Source: Octopus sinensis
Lineage: Eukaryota
DNA: 64,000 nt
NCBI RefSeq assembly: GCF_006345805.1
Contig: NC_042999.1
Coordinates: 104,718,001 to 104,782,000, forward strand
Reading direction: 5' to 3'
Shown in pieces: positions 1 to 13,452 of this stretch; the stretch's first letter is position 1, and each line of letters opens with the position of its first letter. Both the position numbers and the translations under genes were made by a program. The notes below the pieces were generated by a model that saw only the letters and a program-made list of their open reading frames with translations, made no database searches and was not told the origin of the DNA.

Positions 1-564
1 ATGCTCAGTAAGGAGTAAAGATGGTCAGTGCTGTGTTTGAATACTAAAGATACGTCATATACGGTTCTCCTACGAATGCGGAAGGAGGTAGGGTCCATTT
101 TTCCTTTGTTTCTGTCTTTTTGTGCCTGTCCATGTCTCTCTCTACATGTATCACTGCTCTACATATATCACTGTATTACTGTGTCAACTGCTGGTTACTA
201 GGCACTTTCTTGCATTGCTGTACCTTTCGACTGATGCGATTCTATAGGCTCGGCGGACAGACCAACACTCCCTCTGGACAGGACACCAGTCAGTGGCAAG
301 GTTAGGCTTTTACAGCTACCTGAGCTGGAGCAACATCAAAGGAAGTGTTATCACAACGCACCACCATCTCAGTTCTAGTAATCAAAACCACTATCTTCGT
401 GAGTCATGAGTGCAACACATTAGCCACAAGGCTACGTGCTTTGGTATGTATGTATGTATGTATGTATGTATGTATGCATGTATGTATGTATGTATGTATG
501 TATGTATGTATGTATGTTTGTATATTTGCATGTATATATGCATGTATGTATGGTTGTATATATG

Positions 565-769
565 TATTCTTTTTTCTTGTTTCAGTCACTTAACTGCTGC
601 CATACTGGAGCACCGCCATTTAGGCGAACAAGTCGACTCCAGGACTTATTCTCTGTAAATCTAGTACTTATTATATCGGTCTCTTTTGCCGAATCGCTAA
701 TTTACAAGGACGTAAACACACCAAGTTAGGTTGTTGAGCGATGGTGGGGCGACAAACATTGGCACACAA

Positions 770-820
<51 letters not shown>

Positions 821-1313
821 CATACACACACGACAGACTTCTTTCGGTTTCCGTCTACCGAATCCACTCACAAGGTGCCACGCACTGAGGCTGAATCCGA
901 AACCATGTGGTTGGGAAGCAAGCTTCTTACCACACAGCCACTCCAGCGTCTAGATGTATGTATGCATTTTTTAAAGTTGAGTACTCATTTTATTGGGCTA
1001 TTTTGGCGAACTCCTAAGTTACCGGGGACGCAAACACACCAACATCGGTTGTCAAGCAGTGACGGGGGGGGGCAAACACAGACACAGAATCAGACATACA
1101 TTAAAAGAATATTCATACACGCACACACACAGACATACACACACATACATATGACGGACTTCTTTCAGTTTCCGTCGAACAAATTCACTCTCAAGGCTTT
1201 GGCCACTGAGAGACTATATTGGAAGACACTCACCCAGGGTGCTACCCAGTAGGACTGAACCTAGAACCATGTGGTGAGAAGCAAGCTTCTGACTACACAG
1301 CCATGCCTGCGCC
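565..1313 (-). mobile_element. Two head-to-tail family-1 SINE copies (565-951, 968-1313)
   Basis: Reverse-complement matches to 2518-2914. Confidence 0.88.
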
Positions 1314-2503
1314 TACACACACACCCACACACAAAACAAAATAGAAAATCTGGCTGCGTGCGTCAGCAGTCATGAATGTAATGAATGAGTACAAACAATA
1401 AAAAGCACATAGTAGACCGAACATACGAACAAGCAAACAAAAGAGAATATCGAGATTTCATTAGCTTTGTCGCCATGGATTATGACAGTTTCGACTATGT
1501 GAGACATAATTGCGTAATTCGAAATGCTAACACCCGTTGGATACAATTGTTCGGCAATAATCAAGAGAAAAACATATAGTGGAGCGTTTGCAATTGAGCT
1601 GGAGAATGCACAAGAGGAATTGGGTGTATGCTTAAGGCTTTGCGAATAGAACAGCAAAACGAAAGAAGACCATAAATATAAATACGAAGAAATTATACAA
1701 AATGAATCTTTATACGACACAAAACAACAGCGCAACAAGAAGAACGCGGAAAAGAAAATACACGATAAATTCTGGCCGATGTTCTTAAAAAAATAAGGGA
1801 CATTAAAAGATTGGGAGTGCTCACTACACGAGCTGTGAGGTAAATGAGAGATCAGCGGCCAAAACGGATGCAGGAAGTGGTTAGCTGAGCAGCAATGCGT
1901 TAGCGTTCGGTGTTTCTCGTTGCTTATTTTCATGTGACAGATTTTATGACTAATAGGGCCTTCTCATATTCATTGACGAAAGCTTTATGGGTTAAGCTGA
2001 AAACATCTAGCAGAGAATTAATGATCAAAACATGATAACATACTGTGTAAACAAGTAATAACAAATTTCGAAGATTTATTCACTTATTTAGGTATTTGTT
2101 TTTATTTATTTGCATAACGCTTTTCTTTCTTTTTTTTTTTTTTTAGATATCGGTATCTTTTAAGTATTCCTTTTATTTAATATTACAAGCATTCGATGTG
2201 ACTTTTAATCGATATAAAATTTCACGATTTTTAAAATAACAACGTCTAAAATCTATTAATATAAAAACACAAAACATTACCGTTTATCTCATAAACCTTA
2301 AATAATTCCTAGAAATTTTTCTCTAGACTCTTCGTTTGTTACATATTTTGTAGGCATTGCTCTCTCCCACACACACACATACACACACATATACACGAAC
2401 ACACACACACACAAACACACACAAATACACACACACATATATATATACATACATATATGCCAACACATATAGGCATATATGTATATACATATATACATGT
2501 ATA

Positions 2504-3801
2504 ATTTTCAACATATAGGCGCAGGAGTGGCTGTGTGGTAAGTAGCTTGCTAACCAACCACATGGTTCCGGGTTCAGTCCCACTGCGTGGTATCTTGGGC
2601 AAGTGTCCTCTGCTATAGCCCCGGGCCAACCAATGCCTTGTGAGTGGATTTGGTAGACGGAAACTGAAAGAAGCCTGTCGTATATATGCATATATATGTG
2701 TTTGTGTGTCTGTGTTTGTCCCCCTAGCATTGCCTGACAACCGATGCTGGTGTGTTTACGTCCCCGTCACTTAGCGGTTCGGCAAAAGAGACCGATAGAA
2801 TAAGTAATGGGCTTACAAAGAATAAGGGTCGATTTGCTCGACTAAAGGCGGTGCTCCAGCATGGCCGCAGTCAAATGACTGAAACAAGTAAAAGAGTAAA
2901 AGAGTAAAAGAGAGATATTCACCCTTGCCGTCAACATACGTCTTTCAACGGTGTCACAGTGCACGGATCCCATTGGTGAAGAAAGCTTTCATTCTGATGG
3001 TCAAAAAACTCAACAGCATATATGACGTCATCATCACTGCGATATTGGTTCTCAGTCAAGTCAAGTTATGCTAGAGAGCAGATGATAGTCAGGTGGGGCC
3101 AAATCAGGAGAAAAAGGAAGGTGATCAACCAGTTCAAAACTACAGTCAGACACAGCAGCTATTGAAACCAAGGATTTATGTACTGGAGAATTGTCTTGAT
3201 AAAACAAAACCCCTTTCGTCAGTTTTCCTGGGTGTTTGGTCTGAATAGCCTTTCTTAACTGCTTCAGCAAGAGAGCATAGTACTCTCCATTGATAGTGTA
3301 ATCCTTTTGAAGATAGTCAATAAACAGAATACCTTTTGCATCCAAAAAACTAAGGTCACCACATTCCCTGCAGATGAAACGACCTTAGCCTACTTTGGAG
3401 CAGCTGAGGGTGGGTGTTTCCGCTGCATGGATAGTCATTTTGTCTCTGGCTGCAAGCTATGAACTCAGCATGCTTCCTGGTTTAGGAAACACCCAAGAAA
3501 GTCAGCTGGATCTGCCTCAAACAATGTCAGATTCTCCCGTGATGTGATCTGCATGGAACGCTTTTGATCTGATGGCAGGAGACGTGGCACCTATCGAGCA
3601 ATAACTTTCCTCACGCCAAGATCAAATTTTGCCTATTTTCAAGAGAAAAGCTCTTCTATGAGCTTTCAGATCTCAGTTAAATTGAAAAAAACCCCAGAAA
3701 AACAATGTAATTATTAACAGGAAGCGTGAAGATTAATGCATGCAACATTTCACCACTCTAGCATCATATTCAACCTATAAACTTTTCAATCCACCCTCGT
3801 A
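2504..3801 (-). mobile_element. Mariner relic interrupted at its C-terminus by a SINE
   Basis: TIR start TACGAGGGTGGATTGAAAAG at 3801. ORF 3061-3345 reads GILFIDYL...QDNSPVH...FSPDLAPPDY. C-terminal GEY|VEN is split by SINE 2518-2914. Confidence 0.85.
2518..2914 (+). mobile_element. Complete tRNA-headed cephalopod-type SINE (family 1) with internal microsatellite and RTE-like 3' tail
   Basis: Head GGCGCAGGAGTGGCTGTGTGG (A box) and GGTTCAGTCCC (B box). Tail ...CCAGCATGGCCGCAGTCAAATGACTGAAACAAGTAAAAGAGTAAAAGAG. ATAT on both flanks. Confidence 0.92.
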
Positions 3802-4281
3802 AACTGCGAAATGGGACTCCCAAATGCCAAAGAAGGATTAAAGCGCCATTTTGAAAGATTTCGAATTGTTATGCTGAATTATACTAATAGAAAAAAATTG
3901 GGATTATTTCTGAAGTACTGCATATAATCTAGAATTTCATTTATGTGATTATTTCTCTTCTTTTAATTAGATTTAATTACATTTATTTTCTTATAAAAGG
4001 CAGATAGTTGAAAAATCTATTGAAAACAATTTTTCAATTGAAAAATTAAATGTTGTCTAAATGTGAACTGAAAATAATTAATTTTAGTCGAAATTTATTT
4101 CTATTTGTATGAAAATGTCTTGCTGGGAATATGTCTTCTGACTAATTTACCTTTCACTCAAGATGCTTTTGATTAATGAAGATTCGACGCATCTGTTTTT
4201 GATTAATAAACCGTATCTGTCTGTTTGTTTATCTCTCCATAATATATGTATGTGTTTTTGATGTGTGTGTATAAATGTGTA

Positions 4282-4332
<51 letters not shown>

Positions 4333-5353
4333 TTGTGTCTGTGTGTGTGTGTGTGTGTATGTGTGTGTGTGTGTTTGTGTGTTTACGTTGCAAATTACAA
4401 ACCAACTTTATGTAAATTACCGGTTCCATATAACAACGAGCAAACAAGTGTAGATAATTATAAACAAAAAATAATATAACAATGTATACGAAATTCTATA
4501 AAACAACATCCGTTGGTAAACCTCTACAGGAATTCTGATGAAGTATTTGAAGAGTAATTCTATTTAGGAACCTCTAATGATTTTATAAATATGAACATGT
4601 GTACAAACTAGTCAAGAGTGAACAGATGTATGTTGGTGGTGCTTACAGAATTTGCGACACGATAATTTTTAGTGTATCCTATTCAGTAGTAAATAGTCTA
4701 TATCTTGCTCTGATTGCAGGTTTAGCTAAAGGAGAGACTTCATGCAATGTCGGATCAAACGTAGTTCACCACAAGGCTTTTAATACAAGTGCTAACGTAT
4801 TGTATTAGTACGGTCTTTCAGACCTATATTGTCAGTGGCCTTGCCATTCTGGTAGTGGAACAATAGGTATGATTTTCAAAAGCTGTTTTATGGGCAGACC
4901 ATGACTTTTATTTAGATTTTACTTGATCTAACAAAAGCTTTCTATTATTTGAATAGGATATACTTGTAGAAAATATTCTGTGAACTTAGTTGTCCAAATC
5001 ATTTTGAATTGATAATTATGTGATCTCAATATGAACTGGAAGCATGTATTAAATGTCAGTGGGAAATGTCTGCACCATGTTCTGTAGATTATATCGAAGA
5101 TAGTGACATCCTCACCCTCATTTTCTTTTCCTTGTCTTTGTAAGTTGTGGTTCTTCTCGCTCACACTATTACCTCATTTCTTTTAACAATATATTTTGAT
5201 TACTAATCCTCTGGCTGTATTTTAAATCTCTGGCATTTTGGGGCCAACGCGGAAGTCTTTCATTTCGGATTTCCTCGATCTATGTAGACAACTGCCACTT
5301 ATTTACACATACTGCTGAATATATAAAAATATATATATGTACGCACACACACA

Positions 5354-5497
<144 letters not shown>

Positions 5498-5963
5498 GTC
5501 TGGGCGCATACACACACATGTAAGTGTGTGCGTTTGTGTGTCTGTATACGCACGCGTGCTTATGTATGTATAAGATTGCCTCTGAACAACATTCATAAAC
5601 GTAAATTTAACCTCCATCCTTCACATTAAATGAATACCTTAAAAGAATAGGCGTGACATTGTTAAAATTCCTTACTAATGGGTTCCTAGACACAGTGTCA
5701 GCTGTTACTACTTTAGCACCCGCCAAAATTTCTAACTTTACTATAATACCAGCCCATCTTTAACCCAGCTCGACAGCAGATTATCTTTGATGTGTTCTGG
5801 CTTATTCTAACTCCCATACAAGATTACCTACTTTTATGTGATACTAGCATTTTCCCGCCAAGCCGTTTTTCTCCGTTATATTATCAATATTATCCAAAGA
5901 GAATTCTTGCTTTTTCATGGCTATGTGTGCCCTGTTATATAATATATATATATTATATATATA

Positions 5964-6106
5964 TAAAATATTATTGAGACAAAACCACTATTTTCAAAAC
6001 AAACAGGAAAGACTTAATCAATACATAAAATTTAATAAATAGTATTGATTAAGTCTTTCCTTGTTTGTTTTGCAAAATAGTGGTTTTGTCTCAAATAATA
6101 TTTTAT
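5964..6106. repeat. Near-perfect inverted repeat (arms about 60 bp, 17-nt loop)
   Basis: TGAGACAAAACCACTATTTT(G)CAAAACAAAC(A)AGGAAAGACTTAATCAATAC and its reverse complement; only 1-nt indels differ. Confidence 0.9.
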
Positions 6107-6494
6107 AATATTTTACTATAAAATTGGATTTAATCCTAAATCTGATTTTTTTCCCTGTAAATTTGGATATATTCCCTAATATTTATTATTATATATATAT
6201 ATATATATTATATATATATATATTATATAGGGCTAAAATATTAAATATCAACGAAAATGCATATTGTAGATATAAAAAGGCTATTTATGATAGGTAGTGA
6301 CAAATATATACATTTAGAGAATTACTAGTCAAAAAGGTCATTATTATTGATGATTATAAGAAGTTAATAATAATAATAATAAGGTAAGAGACTGAAACGA
6401 ACCAATTGGTTTTCGCCTTAGCTATTCATCGTTTGAACAACATCGGTTAGTAAACGGTGTCAGGTCTAATAGTTCCTGAGAAAAGAGATTATAT

Positions 6495-6911
6495 ACTCTC
6501 TCTTTTACTATTTTACTTGTTTCAGTCATTTGACTGCGGCCATGCTGGAGCACCGCCTTTAGTCGAGCAAATCGACCCCGGGACTTATTCTTTGTAAGCC
6601 CAGTACTTATTCTATCGGTCTCTTTTGCCGAACCGCTAAGTGACGGGGACGTAAACACACCAGCATCGGTTGTCAAGCAATGCTAGGGGGACAAACACAG
6701 ACACACAAACACACACACATATATATATATACATATATACGACAGACTTCTTTCAGTTTCCGTCAACCAAATCCACTCACAAGGCATTGGTCGGTCCGGG
6801 GCCATAGCAGAAGACACTTGCCCAAGATGCCACGCAGTGGGACTGAACCCGGAACCATGTGGTTGGTAAGCAAGCTACTTACCACACAGCCACTCCTGCG
6901 ACTATCATATA

Positions 6912-6956
<45 letters not shown>

Positions 6957-7162
6957 TACATATACTCTTTACTTGCTCTTTTTACTCTTTTACTTCTTTC
7001 AGTCATTTGATTGTAGCCATGCTGGAGCACCGCCTTTAGTCGAACAGATCAATCCCAGGACATATTCTTTGTAATCCAAGTATTTATTTTATCGGTTTCT
7101 TTTGCCGAACCAGCATCGGTTGTCAAACGATGTTGCGGGGACAAACACAGACACACAAGCAT

Positions 7163-7203
<41 letters not shown>

Positions 7204-7362
7204 TACGACGGGCTTCTTTCCGTTTACCCAATCCACTCACAAGGCTTTGGTCGGCCCGAGGCTATAGTAGAATACACTTGCCCAAGGTGTCATACAGTGG
7301 GACTGAACCCAGAACCATGTGTTTGGTAAGCAAGCTACTTACCACAAGCCACTCCTACGCCT
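6495..7362 (-). mobile_element. Two head-to-tail family-1 SINE copies (6495-6900, 6965-7362) separated by (TA)n
   Basis: Near-identical reverse complements of 2518-2914. Confidence 0.92.
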
Positions 7363-7689
7363 AGTATATATAATATATATATATATATATATGTATATGT
7401 ATATATCTCAAACTCATCTTCGACGGTTATCTAAACACGGATTGAGACCCGTCTCTCTGCTTATGCTAACTCAACGATAAACGATTAATGTCATTGTTTT
7501 CTACCGAGACGTATTGCGTACTTTCTCGTTTAATTGTATTTCATATCAATGTGAGGCTCCCATACACTTAGACGAATATAAACATATATGTATATTTATA
7601 TCTTGTACCATGTACTTGATTCAGTTACAAGACAGCGGCTTTGATGGGGGTTTACTTGAACGAATTGCTCCCAGTAATTACTTTTAACA

Positions 7690-7980
7690 TCATACTTATT
7701 GTATCACTCTCCTTTTGCCAAATCACCAAGTTATGGGGGCTCAAGCAAAATAACACCGTTTGTTAAATGGTAGTGGTGGGGGTGAGAAACCGAAACACAC
7801 ACACACACACGCACACACATGCAAGGGTCTTCTTCAGTTTCCGTCTACCAAATCCACTCATTCAGCTTTGGTCGACCTCAGGCTATAGCAGAAAATATTT
7901 GCTCAAAGGTCTACGCAGTAGGACAGTACCCGGAACTTTGTGATTGAGAAACCAACTTGCTGTCTCACTGCCACACCTGT
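7690..7980 (-). mobile_element. Diverged family-1 SINE
   Basis: CAGTTTCCGTCTACCAAATCCACTCA central block and decayed head. Confidence 0.75.
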
Positions 7981-8680
7981 AAATGTTTGTAAAGATGTGT
8001 GTGTATGTATGTGCGTGTAATTGTGTGAGTATATATGTTTATGTGTGTGTGTACAAATATAGAAATATATATATATTTAAGATATCTCAGTAAGAGCATG
8101 TGTTTCTCATTTAGAACTAATCTTTTGAACACTTTCATTGAAGCTTTATATATTAAATATTATATACACACCCATACACTTATACGTACATGCACAATTA
8201 CACACACATACGCGCGCGCGTGCGTCTATATACCTCCAGCTATTTAGATAAACAATAAAGTACAATTACTTCCATGATTTATGTAACATAATATGATATA
8301 CGTAAACAAAAACACTCATGTTTAACTACATAAGCAAAATATTAACACAATCTGCTTACTGAAACTTGGTTGATTTCAAATTTAGCTACGCACTCTTTCT
8401 CTCTCAATTTTTTTCTTTCTCTCTCACTCACTCATTCGCTCACTCATGCTTTTATTTACAGTCTGTCTGTCTCCCCCAATATATTCCACTTTATCCCTAC
8501 CTATACATGCACATTCCTTCGAGTTGGGACTCGAATCTTGATCAACTTGTCGGGGTATCTACAAAACACAGCATGCGTTGGGTATTGAAACCTGACAAAT
8601 TATCCTCCTCTTACGGTGAAGCACAGTCGAATGAAGGAAAATGAAACAGTATCACTATGAGACCATAATATATACTCATA

Positions 8681-9930
8681 CGAGGGACGTTCAAAAAGTA
8701 ATGTTCCTGACCCACTTGCATTTGTTTGATCTAGCTGAAATTTTGCATGTGCACTTATTTATATCTCTATAGATTAAGTAGCAAATTACAGCTCTGAAAT
8801 AATTGTGGTTTCTGATTTACAGGTGTTTGAACAGAGTCAAGTGTGAAATGGAGCCAGTTGAGTGTCGAGCAGTGATCCGGTTTTTGTATTTGAAAGGACG
8901 CACACCACGGGAGACTTTTGATGAAATGAAAGTAACTTATGGTGATGATGCCCCATCATATGACCTTGTAAAACGCTGGCATCGGGAATTCAAACATGGT
9001 CCTCTTTCTGCCATTGATGAGGCATCTGTCCGTCAAGTTGAGGCTGCCATTTTGGAAGATCGACGCATAACTATTCGCCAAATAGCCCATGAGGTCAAGA
9101 TTAGTACCGGATCTGTGGAAACTATCATTCATGACCATTTGCATATGCAAAATGTGTCTGCCAGATGGATTCCCAGGTTGCTCACACCTTTCAAGAAGCA
9201 AGAACGCGTCGAGTGCTCGAGGATCAATTTGGAGATGTGCCAAGAAGATGAGTCAAAATTTTTCAGAAGACTGATTACACAGGATAAAACCTGGGTCCAT
9301 CACTATGATCCAGAGACCAAAGCCCAGTCAATGCAGTGGAAGCACCGTGACTCACCTCCTCCAAAGAAGGCAAGGGTGCAGCCCACCGCTGGCAAGGTCA
9401 TGCTCACAGTCTTCTGGGACCAGGACGGAGTAGTGATGACAGATTTCCTGGCAAAGGGTACCACAATTACAGGAGCCTATCATGCTTCACTTTTGAAGAA
9501 ATTAAGAGAAGCTATCAAAATCAAGAGGCGGTGCAAGATCAGCAAAGGCAACCTCCTCCTGCAGGACAACGCTCCGGTCCACAACTCGCGTGTCGCCAGA
9601 TCAGAAGCACAGGCGTGCGACTATGAACTCCTCCCCCCTACTCTCCTGACCTTGCACCCTCTGATTTTCACCTCTTCCCAGCCATGAAGTTGTTTTTGAA
9701 AGAAAAGCGTTTCCCATATGATGCAGCCTTGATTTCTGAAGTCACGCCGTGGTTGGAGGACCAAACTGGGGTCTTCTACAAAAACGGTCTCCAGAGCTGC
9801 ATCAAGCGATGGGAGAAATGCGTAACTATAGGCGGTTCCTATGTGAAAAAAGACTAATAACTGTGCCAAGTTTCGTTGCTCTACTGCTATGGGAAGTGGG
9901 TCAGGGGCATTACTTATTGAACGCCCCTTG
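8681..9930 (+). mobile_element. Full-length mariner (DD34D) element, disabled
   Basis: 37-bp TIRs with 5 mismatches (CGAGGGACGTTCAAAAAGTAATG... / ...TTACTTATTGAACGCCCCTTG), TA on both sides (8679-80, 9931-32), 1250 bp. Confidence 0.95.
8848..9857 (+). pseudogene. Mariner transposase pseudogene
   Basis: MEPVECRAVIRFLYLKG, WIPRLLT, LITQDKTWVHHYDPETK, QDNAPVH, YSPDLAPSDF, ending YVKKD*. It has a frameshifting deletion in LPHPPY near 9635 and a deletion in the linker near 9000. Confidence 0.92.
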
Positions 9931-9989
9931 TAGACACGCGCACAGACACATGCACTCACACACGATAGTACACACCCACATTTACACAT

Positions 9990-10025
<36 letters not shown>

Positions 10026-11444
10026 ACACACACACACACACTCATATATAAATTTGGTCTGATGCAAAGTTACAAGATTGAACATTTGATTAAAGGAATT
10101 GTCGATATTTTAAGTGGAGTACATATTTATTACCTTTTACAAGGAAATGGTTGGCAGCTCCTTCGAAGTTTCGCCTTCCTTGTCTTCATCAGACTTTGAT
10201 TTACTGTAGTTCTTTACATAGTTTTTTGAAGGTTGTTATTTTTCTGGTAGGTAACCGCGTGAAGTAGTTGTGTAGGATGGGACGCTTATAGGAGGATAGG
10301 AGGAAATTTTGTGGCTTTAGGATAGGAATTGAATGGAAAATAATGTGAAGATATTTTTGTTTTTGCTTTGATAATGGAATTTTGTAATTGTTTAGGATTC
10401 AGTGAGGTGTGAACAAAATGCAGTGAACAGATGTGTTATTTGCAGATTATGACAGTCCTTGCATATAAATTTGAATTTTCTGGTATTTTAGGATTCACAG
10501 AAGGATTTTCTGGTATTTTAGGATACACAGTATGTTCGTAGATTGTACAGTTGGTCACTCAGCGTAAACTAGACTGAGCATAAATTTGATGCTGGTAGTA
10601 ATTAAGTATTAAGGAACTTTTAAGTATTTTCTGAATGTCTGGAATGAGGAGACTATGTAGCTATAAATACTTGTTAGAATTATCTAAACTGTTTGTAGTG
10701 TGTCTACTTATATTTATATAATATGATTCTAGACAAATGCATAATGGATGCCTATGGATCTAAGCGAATGCATAAGGGTGATGTATTTTTCCATAGCTTT
10801 ATAAATCTGTTGAGAGATACAGGTGTATAAGCAATACATTTGCATATATACACAATATATATATGCATATCCACATGCGTTAGAAATATTGATTTTTTTG
10901 TTGCTTTTGGTTTCAGAAGTTTTATCTTTAAATCCAGTTTCATTAGCCTTTTGGGTGGTTTGTTATTTTTCACTGCCAAGAGGCGGCGTTGGTGCTGCTT
11001 CTTTCAGGAGCCTTGGTTTTCTTTTCGGTTCTTACATCTTTGTAGATGTCTTTGGTAAGATATACAGAATTGGTTTCATTAGTATTGTTGCCTTCCTTTG
11101 ACGAGTTTTCATTTGTGGCTTCAACATTGGTACTACTCTCTGTTTGGCATTTAACTTGGAGTACTAATACTTCTGAGAATGGTGTCTAGTTCGTTTATGT
11201 GTGGGCCTGACAAGCGCAGAGAAATGAATAAATTGATATTTTTCTCGCTCTGATTATGCTGCAGATTTTAAAAATCCGTTGCTTTTAAGGGTCGCTGCAA
11301 CCGGGTTTTGTTGGGTGGCCCGTTTTCTAATATGGTCAACGCTCGGAGAAACAGTTCTGTCTCTGCACTCTTCCAGATTCTCGAAAGTTTAGCTGCGCTA
11401 CTTAACTCTTTCTTCGTGGCGTGTGTTTGTATGTTTGATTAGTT

Positions 11445-12237
11445 CGTCAGCGCAGAGGAGCGAGAGGCGAAGGAGAGAGAAAGAGAGAAAGAAAACGAAT
11501 GAACAATAATGAAGATATGAGTGAAGAGAGAGGGGTGTCAGAGGAAGAGGGAGGGATCAAGATGAGAGGAAGAGTAGGTTGAGAGGGAGAGTAGGCTGAG
11601 AGAGGAGGGCAAGTGGAAGGAGAAAGAGGAGAGTAAGAGGGTATATGGGTGAAAGGCAGGAGAGTAAAAGGGTAAATGGGGGAAAGGCAGGAGAGGGAAA
11701 ATAAATTGAGAAGGAAGTCTAGGTGGATGGGGGAGAGGAGATCAAGTGGAGGGAGAGGGGTTAGGTGGAGGGGAGAGTAAATTGAGACGTAATAGTGGGT
11801 TGGGATAGAGAGAAGAGCAAGTGGAAGGAGGAGAGAGAGGTAAAAAAAAGAAGAGCGCAGATATTGTGGGTAAATGAGAGGATAAAAAAGAGAGCGGTGA
11901 GGTGTCGTTTCGGAAGAGGTGCGCGTGAAGTGGCGATAAGTGCGTTGAGAGAGATGAGAGCCAGTGAAAGGGGAAAAGAAAGGAAACTGGTGTGGAAGCA
12001 TAGGGACAGTGGCAGGATTGAAGGTTAGAAAACAAACAGGGGACTAAGAGAGTGAGGGTTATTTAAGGAGATAGTAGAGGGATAGGTGTTAATTGGAAAA
12101 TATGAAGCTAAGAGAGTGAGGAGGTATGGGGAAAGAAACAATGAAAATGGAGAAATCGGGGAGGTTGGAGAGAAAGTGAGAGAGAGATTGAATGAGTGAG
12201 TGAGGGTGTATTGGTGGGTGTGTGTGTGAAACAGAGA

Positions 12238-12279
<42 letters not shown>

Positions 12280-12285
12280 TGTATA
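11445..12285. repeat. Purine-rich (G/A) low-complexity tract ending in (GA)n
   Basis: Strong strand asymmetry; no recognisable protein motif in any frame. Confidence 0.7.
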
Positions 12286-13046
12286 TAAAAGAAAATGCTT
12301 ATAAGCTCATTCTTTGCATGTACATAATATATAGCTTATTTGTAAACAGCGAAAGATATCAAAACTGAGTAATTTACCAAGTTTTCATGAGTACGCGGAG
12401 GGAGGAGGATCTTTTGACAATTCCGTATACGACTCTTAGACGAAGGTTTTTCGTCGAAGATTCTTTCTACTATAAAATGAACGACCGAACAAAATTATAT
12501 TTATGCGTGATATATAGATAGTTACACAAAACAAAATTTAATTTTTTTTTTGCTTTTGGTCAATGAGTGTTTTTTTCCTATTTGCATCTATCTAGAAATC
12601 AAAGGAAACGACTTCTATTCCCTTCACATTTATCTTTTGTGGCCTGGACATCAATGTTTTCAAACTGACCTATTTTCCGTTACATTTCAGAGAGAATCTG
12701 CGCTGTTGCAGCAGAAATATTGTTATAGCAAATATTCTGCTCGATACAACATATTTTCTTGTCAGTTGACTGACCTTCGCCATTTGAACATGTCCCTTGG
12801 GGGCTGACAATATGTGCATCTGTGATCATGAGCAGGTGTAGTGGGAAAGCATCATAACCATATGTTGAGAGAAATTCTATGGGGTTTGAATGAATGTAAC
12901 TAATGCAAACTTTGAACGAAATGCAAACGAAATATCAGCCATTTTTCATACTTCCTAGGAGTAAGCAAACAGGAAATAACAGTTGCTACCCAAGGACCAA
13001 AATTGTGTTTCTGGGCGAAACACGATTCTATATAGGTTTATTGTAA

Positions 13047-13250
13047 GGCAGCGAGCTGGCAGAAATATTAGCATGTCGGGCTAAATGCTTAGCGGTATTA
13101 CGTTCTGTGTTCAAATTCCGCCGTGGTCGACTTTGCTCTTCATCTTTTCGTGGTCGATAAATTAAGTACCAGTTATGTACTGGGGTCGATCTAATCGGTT
13201 GGCCCTCTCCCTAAAAATTTCGGGCCTTGTGCTTAGAATAGAAAATAATA
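13047..13250 (+). mobile_element. tRNA-headed SINE family 2
   Basis: GGCAGCGAGCTGGCAGAA...GTTCAAATTCCGCC...GATAAATTAAGTACCAG...GGGCCTTGTGCTTAGAATAGAA. Related copies at 15017-15175 (+), 18800-18908 (-), 53941-54140 (-) and 61800-61945 (+). Confidence 0.85.
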
Positions 13251-13452
13251 TAAAGTTATTGCGATCTATTTGCAAGAGCATAGTAAAAGACATTTTATAT
13301 CATCAGAACGTTGTATGTATATCACTAATATATACACAAACACATACATATATATACTTACCCATACGTATATATCTCTATACATATTTAGATACGTACA
13401 CACACACGCACTGACACATGTACATTGACATATATACATACATATTGACATA

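Noticed and set aside
2518-2590. tRNA-like sequences with A and B boxes (also 13047 and 21071)
   Set aside because: They are SINE heads that continue into SINE bodies and lack a full cloverleaf, so I did not call tRNA genes.
11447-12001. 184-aa Pro/Leu/Ser-rich minus-strand ORF
   Set aside because: It is a by-product of a G/A low-complexity tract and has no domain motif.
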